Part shown: positions 58,393-64,000 of the stretch, one piece after another
Numbering within the stretch: position 1 is the first letter of the stretch
Layout: every line of letters begins with the position of its first letter
Assembly (NCBI GenBank): GCA_031409275.1
Contig: JANNXA010000047.1
Location: 1-64,000, forward strand
Direction of reading: 5' to 3'
Length of the DNA: 64,000 nucleotides
Origin: Planctomycetota bacterium
Lineage (GTDB): Bacteria > Planctomycetota > B15-G4 > SIAN01
Made by a program: the position numbers and the translations under genes
The notes under the pieces: model-generated
What the model saw: only the letters and a program-made list of their open reading frames with translations
What the model was told of the DNA's origin: nothing
Database searches by the model: none

Positions 58393-58914
58393 ATGCTGTT
58401 AGTTCTGATTCGGCACGGAATCGCCGAGGAAATCGACGAAGTCACGCCCCGCCCTGGGGAAGTCACTCCGCGCGATGAGGATCGAGCGCTAACCGAGCAA
58501 GGACGTCGGCGCCTGGACCGTTCGTCTTTAGCACTTAAAAAGATCGACATCCGCGCTCAGGTAATCGCCCACTCCGGGCTGCGTCGCGCGGCCGAGACCG
58601 CCGAGCTGCTGGCCGATCGCATCGCCGACGCCGACACCGCGACGGTCGTCACTGCAACGCTCTACCCCAGTGCCGCGCCACGCGACTTCTTCGCGTTGCT
58701 GCCGCAATGGGAGGACGCGGAGTGCGTCGTCGCGGTCGGCCACGCGCCCCACCTCGATCGACTCGTCGCACTGGCGCTCGGCGCGCAAGGGCGGATGGTC
58801 ACTTCGCTGGGCAAGGCCGCCGCGGTGGCGCTCGATGTTCCGACGAGTGGACGACCCGTCGGCCAACTCCTGTGGCTGCTCCCGCCGAAGATGTTGCGGC
58901 GGCTGGGTCGCTGA
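58393..58914 (+). CDS. sixA: SixA-like phosphohistidine phosphatase
   Basis: LIRHGIAE, DRALTEQG, SGLRRAAETA, VGHAPHL; RBS ggaga. Confidence 0.85.
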   Translation: MLLVLIRHGIAEEIDEVTPRPGEVTPRDEDRALTEQGRRRLDRSSLALKKIDIRAQVIAHSGLRRAAETAELLADRIADADTATVVTATLYPSAAPRDFFALLPQWEDAECVVAVGHAPHLDRLVALALGAQGRMVTSLGKAAAVALDVPTSGRPVGQLLWLLPPKMLRRLGR

Positions 58915-58946
58915 ACGCCGCGCGACGTTGCAGCACGGCGCCGCCC

Positions 58947-60218
58947 TCACCCCCGCTCGCGCCACTCGAGCTTCAGCAGTTCCCAACGCGCGATGCGGAT
59001 GAACTGCGCCGCGAAGAGGAGCACTCCGAGCAGGTGCAGCGCGAGACCGACGCGCAGCAACGACTCGTGCGGCGGGCCGCTGATCGACAAGAGGATCGCG
59101 GTGACGGTGACGGCGAGGCCGGCGACGATGAGCAACGCGCTGCCGTCCCGGAGCCAGGCGCTCGGCAGCTGTGCGGCGGCCGGCGTCGGCTTCAGGCCGC
59201 GATCCGGCTGGAAGCGCTCCTCCCAGACCCACGCGGAGAAGAGCTTCCACGACGTGCCGACGATCGTCAGCAGCAGCCAGCCCAGCAGCGCGACGTAGCC
59301 GTACGCGAGTTCGAGCGGATAGCGCAGCGGCGAGTCGGCGGTCGGCAGATCGAACGCCAGCGCCACACCGACGGCGCCCAGCAGCAGCAGCAACGCGTGC
59401 GCGGCGATCTCGATGCGACCCGGGGCATTGCGCCGCCACGTCGCGAGCGCCGGGATGCTGCGCGCCGCAAGGCCAAGCGCCGTCAAGACGGCGCCGATCC
59501 GCAACGTCGGCGCGCCGCCGAGCAGAGCCGACGCGACCAACACGAGCCCAAGCTGCACGGCCCAGAAACGAGCGCGCTCGAGGACGGGACTCGCCCGCGT
59601 GCCGGGCAGGAACTTCAACTGCCAGCCGAAGATCGCGCCGCCGATCCAGCCGACCAGCCCGAGGTGGAAGTGGGCGGCGAGGCGATCGATGAGCGGCGCA
59701 CCGAGCCACGTTGCGCCCACGCCCCACACCCGAAGCGCCGCGTAGGAAGCACCCAAGGTCGCGACCAGCACGAAGTGGCAGCACGACGCCGCCACCCAGC
59801 GCGCCACCGGATCGCCAACGCGCGCCACTCGCCAGACGCCCGCGAAGTTGCGAAAGAACCAGACCGCTGTCGCCACCACCAGCAACGTCGCCCAGGCCAT
59901 CCCGACGAAGCCTTCGACGGCGAAATGGAAGACGATCCCGCTCGCGCCAATCAGCCAGCAGATGCAGTGGCCCCACGCCGCTCGAGGCGACGGCGCCGCC
60001 ACGCCCAGGAGTCGCGGCACCAGCCGCTGCGACAACCCCTGCACCAACGAGCTCGCGAAGCCCAGCGTCACCAGATGGGTCAGCGCCAGCATCTCGGCCG
60101 AATAGAAGAACTGCAGGAGCAAACGCGGCCGCAGGTTCAGCCAGATCAGCGCGCCCAGCAGCGACGCCATCGCCGTCATCACGAACGGCTCTTCGGCAGC
60201 GACCTTGCGCAGCTTCAT
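58947..60218 (-). CDS. His-containing polytopic membrane protein (NnrS / heme-copper oxidase subunit I-like)
   Basis: ALTHLVTLGF, LAAHFHLGLVGW and about 12 TM helices. Confidence 0.68.
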   Translation of the reverse strand: MKLRKVAAEEPFVMTAMASLLGALIWLNLRPRLLLQFFYSAEMLALTHLVTLGFASSLVQGLSQRLVPRLLGVAAPSPRAAWGHCICWLIGASGIVFHFAVEGFVGMAWATLLVVATAVWFFRNFAGVWRVARVGDPVARWVAASCCHFVLVATLGASYAALRVWGVGATWLGAPLIDRLAAHFHLGLVGWIGGAIFGWQLKFLPGTRASPVLERARFWAVQLGLVLVASALLGGAPTLRIGAVLTALGLAARSIPALATWRRNAPGRIEIAAHALLLLLGAVGVALAFDLPTADSPLRYPLELAYGYVALLGWLLLTIVGTSWKLFSAWVWEERFQPDRGLKPTPAAAQLPSAWLRDGSALLIVAGLAVTVTAILLSISGPPHESLLRVGLALHLLGVLLFAAQFIRIARWELLKLEWRERG

Positions 60219-60245
60219 CGCACCGCCCCGCTCACTGCGCCGCGC

Positions 60246-61409
60246 TCAACCTGCCGTGCCGCCGGCGAAACGGGATCGCAGCTCGGTCGCGGAGAACACG
60301 GACGCCGTGAGGCTCTGTGCGCCCACGAGCACGTGCTGCCATTGGTCGGCCACCGCCGCCGCGGAGAAACGGCGCCGCACGTAGGCGCTCCCAGCCACCG
60401 CATCGCGCGCGCGCCGCGCCGGATCGGCGAGGTAGTCGGAAAGGGCGCTGTTCCAGTCATCCAGGCGCAGATAGGGCCGCAGCACCTCGTAGCTCGGGAT
60501 CGCGTCGGCGACGACGGCGAGCCCAGCCGCCAACGCTTGCGCCGGACGATTGTGCGACTTGCAACGCGTGTAGGGCGACGGCGTGATCGGGATCACGGCC
60601 ACCGAATGGTCGCGCAACGCGGCGAGGAACGTCGCCGGATGCCACTCGACGTAACGCCGCCGGATCGACCAATCGCCCAGCACATCTTCGTAGCGGCCGC
60701 GCGAGTTGCTGATGACGGTCAGCGACAGCGGGTGGCGGCGATCGAGGTCGTGAAGCACCTCACGGACGCGCTCGAGATCGACGATCCCGCAGCGCGCGTA
60801 CGGCCCGCCATGCACACCGAACCAGACCAGCGGCGTGCGACCCTGCGCGCGATCGACAGCGAGGTCGCGGTGCAGCTGCTTCAGCTCACGACCCGCCCGC
60901 AGCCGCGCGCCAAACGGCCGCCACGGCGCCGGCAGTTGCGTCTCCACCACGTCGTCCACGACGACGATCGGGCGTGGCTGCGACAACTGCCCGCGCAGCA
61001 CTTCGGCGAGCGTCGGCGTCGAGGTGACGACCCCGTCGACCTGATCGAGCATCGCCTTCAGCTGCCCGGCGCGCTTCTGCAGGCGCGGCGTCATCGACTC
61101 GACGTGAAAGTGGTTGTCGCACAGATCGAACAGCACGCGCGCGCCACGTCGCCGCAACTCCTTGGCTTCGTCCAGCGCGCGATCGTCGTAGCACTTGGCG
61201 AAGAGGACCGCGGAGTAGCGATCGATGGCGGCGCGATCGAAGAGCTCGAGCGGGAGTCCGCGCCTCTGCAGCTCAGCGAGCGGCTGCAGGCAACGCATGC
61301 GGACGCTGGCCACGAAGACGTCGGCGGCGCGCGGGCGCCAGCCCACCATCTTTGCAGTCGACGTAGCGCCCTCTTGCCCCGCGTGCGCGATGGAGCTCGG
61401 CACGCTCAC
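60246..61409 (-). CDS. Putative GT-B glycosyltransferase
   Basis: ASVRMRC, LFDLCDNHF, LVWFG, CKSHNRPAQALAAGLAVVA. Confidence 0.75.
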   Translation of the reverse strand: MSVPSSIAHAGQEGATSTAKMVGWRPRAADVFVASVRMRCLQPLAELQRRGLPLELFDRAAIDRYSAVLFAKCYDDRALDEAKELRRRGARVLFDLCDNHFHVESMTPRLQKRAGQLKAMLDQVDGVVTSTPTLAEVLRGQLSQPRPIVVVDDVVETQLPAPWRPFGARLRAGRELKQLHRDLAVDRAQGRTPLVWFGVHGGPYARCGIVDLERVREVLHDLDRRHPLSLTVISNSRGRYEDVLGDWSIRRRYVEWHPATFLAALRDHSVAVIPITPSPYTRCKSHNRPAQALAAGLAVVADAIPSYEVLRPYLRLDDWNSALSDYLADPARRARDAVAGSAYVRRRFSAAAVADQWQHVLVGAQSLTASVFSATELRSRFAGGTAG

Positions 61410-61469
61410 CTCCCTCTGATCCGTTCCGGCTAGCCGCGCAGGAGGTTAGCTCGCGCGCGCACGCCGTCC

Positions 61470-62528
61470 TCATCTCGATTCCTGGTCGCGCTTGCCCCGG
61501 AACCGCTCGATCCAGCCTCTCCACTGCGTCACGACCCGGCGCGACGACCATTCGGTGCGCACATGCTCCTGGCCGGCGCGAGTGGCGGCAACGATCGCGG
61601 CGGGATCGTCGGCCAGCTCGCGCAGCGCGCCGGCGAAATCGCCGAGTCGCGCGAAGCGCTCGAACGGGAGGTAACTCGGCAGCCGATCGGCGAGCACCGG
61701 GACGCCCGCATGCAGGGCGAGCAGCAGCCGATTGGCCGACTTGCAGCGCGTGAACGGGTTGTCGCCGATCGGGATGAGGCAGGCGTCGTGCTGCACCAGC
61801 CAGTGCCGGAAGGTTTCGCGGCGCCACTGCACGAATCGAACCGGGATCACCGCGCGCGATGCGATGCGCTCGTCGAAGCGCTCCTTCGAGCCGGTGATGA
61901 CGGTCAGCTGCAACGGCGTCCGCGCGTGCAGATCCGCCAGCGTCGGCAGCAACCGCTCGAGATCGACCAGCCCGAATGGCGGCGCCACGTCGCCGTGATG
62001 GCCAAACCACAGCAGGCGAAGCCCGCGACCGTGCATGCGCAGGCGGCGCCGCTCGCGTCGGCGCACCCATCGGAAGAAGCGGGCGCGCCACGACGGTTGC
62101 ATCGGGTCGAGCGCGTCGTCGATCACCGCCGTCGGCACGCCGGGGCACTCGCGGGCGACCACTTCACGCAGTGAGTCCGACGAGACGGACACGCCATCGA
62201 CCAGCGCGAGCATGCGTCGCAGATCGTCCGCGCGCGGCTGCAGCTGCGGCGCATCGTCGGGCACCCAGAAGTGGTTGTCGCACAGATCGAGCAGCGGAAT
62301 CGCGCCGCGCTCACGGAATGCGCGCGCCTGCGCCTGCTGTTCGGCTCCGTAGCACTTCGAGAAGACCACGACGTCGCCGGCGGCCACGACGTCCGGCTCG
62401 CAGCGCCGTGCATCGACGCCCGCCGCACGCAGATGCCGGATCGGCAGGAAGACGCGCAGTCGCGCGCTGGCCGCGTTCCAGTCGTCCTTCACCGGGATGA
62501 AGGCGACGCGCGGAGGGCGGCCGCTCAC
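61470..62528 (-). CDS. Putative GT-B glycosyltransferase (paralog)
   Basis: ASARLRV, LLDLCDNHF, LLWFG, CKSANRLLLALHAGVPVLA. Confidence 0.75.
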   Translation of the reverse strand: MSGRPPRVAFIPVKDDWNAASARLRVFLPIRHLRAAGVDARRCEPDVVAAGDVVVFSKCYGAEQQAQARAFRERGAIPLLDLCDNHFWVPDDAPQLQPRADDLRRMLALVDGVSVSSDSLREVVARECPGVPTAVIDDALDPMQPSWRARFFRWVRRRERRRLRMHGRGLRLLWFGHHGDVAPPFGLVDLERLLPTLADLHARTPLQLTVITGSKERFDERIASRAVIPVRFVQWRRETFRHWLVQHDACLIPIGDNPFTRCKSANRLLLALHAGVPVLADRLPSYLPFERFARLGDFAGALRELADDPAAIVAATRAGQEHVRTEWSSRRVVTQWRGWIERFRGKRDQESR

Positions 62529-63415
62529 TCGCCGGCCGCCCCCGACTTGCCGTTGAAGCGTGCCAGCAGACGGGCGAGGCCGCGCGGCTTGCGGGCCCGC
62601 TCCGCGGCGCGCGCCGCCTGCTGCTGTGCCGTCGCCGTCTCCTGCCCCGCCGTGATGTCGCGATTGACGATCAACTCGGGTCGCTCGAGCTCACGGCACA
62701 AAGCATGGAAGTCCTCGCCCACCTGCCCGAGTCCGAGGAATGGCGTCAGCGAAAGCAACGTCACGCCGCGCGCGCGCAACAGCGGACGCATCTGCGCGAG
62801 CCCCTCGTAGTACTGGTGGTAGCGGTGATCGGGGTCGGCCCCCTTCCAGAAGGTGTGTTGATCGTGAGCGTGGTGGTTGCCTTCCAGCGCGCAGTTGTCG
62901 CAACCGACCAGGATCACGTTCTTCGCGCCCATGTTGGCCGCGAGGTTCACCGCCGACTGCGAGATCGAGGTCCACAGATAGAGGTAGTCCTCGGTCGGAC
63001 GCGCGACCCAGTCGAGCACGCGGCCCGCCTGGCTCGGCTCGACGCCGCCCTTGCCATCGCTGCTCGCCACCGCCACCGGCGTCGGACGGCTCTTGTCCTC
63101 GTTGCGGAAGTAGAAGAAGCGCTGCTGCTGCTCGGCCACGAAGCGGCGCTGCTCGTCGTTGACCAGCTTGTTGTGCTTGGTGATCCAGATGAGGTCGGGC
63201 TGCGGCGCCGCACCCGCAACGAACTCGGGCACGTTCAGCTCGGGGCGCATGGTGATGGCGTAGGTCGTCTTCAGCAGTTGCCACGACTGGTTCAGGCCGA
63301 TGGTCACCTTGTCGGCCAGGAAGTCGAGCGGGAAGACGCGCATGCTGGCGCCGGTGCCGACCACGTAGATGTCGGCACCGCGGTGGCGGCCGTAGAGCTC
63401 GTTCACGAGACGCAT
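62525..63415 (-). CDS. DUF115/MptE/Maf-like protein (putative sugar transferase)
   Basis: YVVGTGASM, VTIGLNQ, AVNLAANMGAKNVILVGCD. Confidence 0.75.
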   Translation of the reverse strand: MRLVNELYGRHRGADIYVVGTGASMRVFPLDFLADKVTIGLNQSWQLLKTTYAITMRPELNVPEFVAGAAPQPDLIWITKHNKLVNDEQRRFVAEQQQRFFYFRNEDKSRPTPVAVASSDGKGGVEPSQAGRVLDWVARPTEDYLYLWTSISQSAVNLAANMGAKNVILVGCDNCALEGNHHAHDQHTFWKGADPDHRYHQYYEGLAQMRPLLRARGVTLLSLTPFLGLGQVGEDFHALCRELERPELIVNRDITAGQETATAQQQAARAAERARKPRGLARLLARFNGKSGAAGE

Positions 63416-63417
63416 CG

Positions 63418-64000
63418 TCACGCTCCTGCGACGGCGACGCGAGCCGCGCGCTGCCAGCGACCGGCCAGGAAGCCCGAGTAGTCGAACGGCGGCAGAGAGG
63501 CCAACAAGGACTCGGCATCGTGGCGGACGAAGTCGCGGCGCAAGTTCTCGGCGAGGTCGGCCGCGCTGACGAGTCCCGCCTCCATCGCGCCGCGCAGCAG
63601 CGTGAAGAAGAAGCGCTCCTGCTCGGGATCGGGGTGCGGCAGATAACGCGCGGGTTCGCCGGTCGTCGCCGCGCTCACGGCCGGCGCAACCGGCGGCGCC
63701 GCGACGGGAGGCGCCTGCAGTCCGAGCTTCTGCGCCACACGCGACAGGAGCGACGGCTTGCGCGGCGGCCCTGCCCGCATCGCCGCTTCGCGTTGTGCGC
63801 GAACCTTCGCATCGACGAGTTGCGGTGGCGGCCGCTTGCCATCCTTGCCGTGGTACATCGTGTCGAAGTCGACCGGCAGCCCGCTCTTCCACGGCTGCGT
63901 CGAGCGCTCGGTCATGTGCAGCAGGCGCGTCTTCACGGTCAGCTTGTCGAAGTCGTTCCACTCTTCTTCGAGCCGGCCGATCGTCTCCGGCCGCTCGCGC
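63418..64000 (-). CDS. Putative GT8-like glycosyltransferase, C-terminal part (truncated by window edge)
   Basis: Frame open to the edge: LEEEWNDFD...TRLLHMTERSTQPWK. Confidence 0.62.
   Translation of the reverse strand, partial: RERPETIGRLEEEWNDFDKLTVKTRLLHMTERSTQPWKSGLPVDFDTMYHGKDGKRPPPQLVDAKVRAQREAAMRAGPPRKPSLLSRVAQKLGLQAPPVAAPPVAPAVSAATTGEPARYLPHPDPEQERFFFTLLRGAMEAGLVSAADLAENLRRDFVRHDAESLLASLPPFDYSGFLAGRWQRAARVAVAGA

Noticed and set aside
58528..58554. CIRCE element (TTAGCACTT...)
   Set aside because: Only the left half-site matches and it lies inside the sixA coding sequence.

Overview
High-GC, densely coding bacterial DNA from a diderm (lpxD, murJ, ExbB/ExbD). The gene repertoire suggests a Planctomycetota-like organism, which is an inference. 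About 45 CDS are supported. No rRNA, tRNA, CRISPR array, integrase or intact transposase was seen. Most long ORFs in the six-frame track are antisense shadows of real genes. Highlights: (1) a TlpA/thioredoxin-like gene split by an in-frame TGA in a W-U-G-P-C motif with a SECIS-like hairpin, probably a selenoprotein (5104-6231); (2) a Tol/Ton-like operon (TPR protein, ExbB, ExbD) whose fourth gene fuses a TolB-like propeller, a TonB/TolA-type SxxxH helix, a long linker and a prenyltransferase-like barrel (22867-30974); (3) a lower-GC three-gene island encoding a MauE/DoxX protein, an Ig-like-domain protein and a 12-Cys secreted mini-protein (43480-46037); (4) a tandemly duplicated PilV/PilW/PilX-like cassette, one copy frameshifted (8324-12874); (5) a probable group II intron 5' end at the left edge; (6) murJ coupled to two Thr-type sulfatase-fold genes; (7) a MoxR-type AAA+ ATPase with an unusual partner. 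Many start codons were re-assigned from RBS and ATGA overlaps. All family calls come from motif recognition by eye, not database searches.
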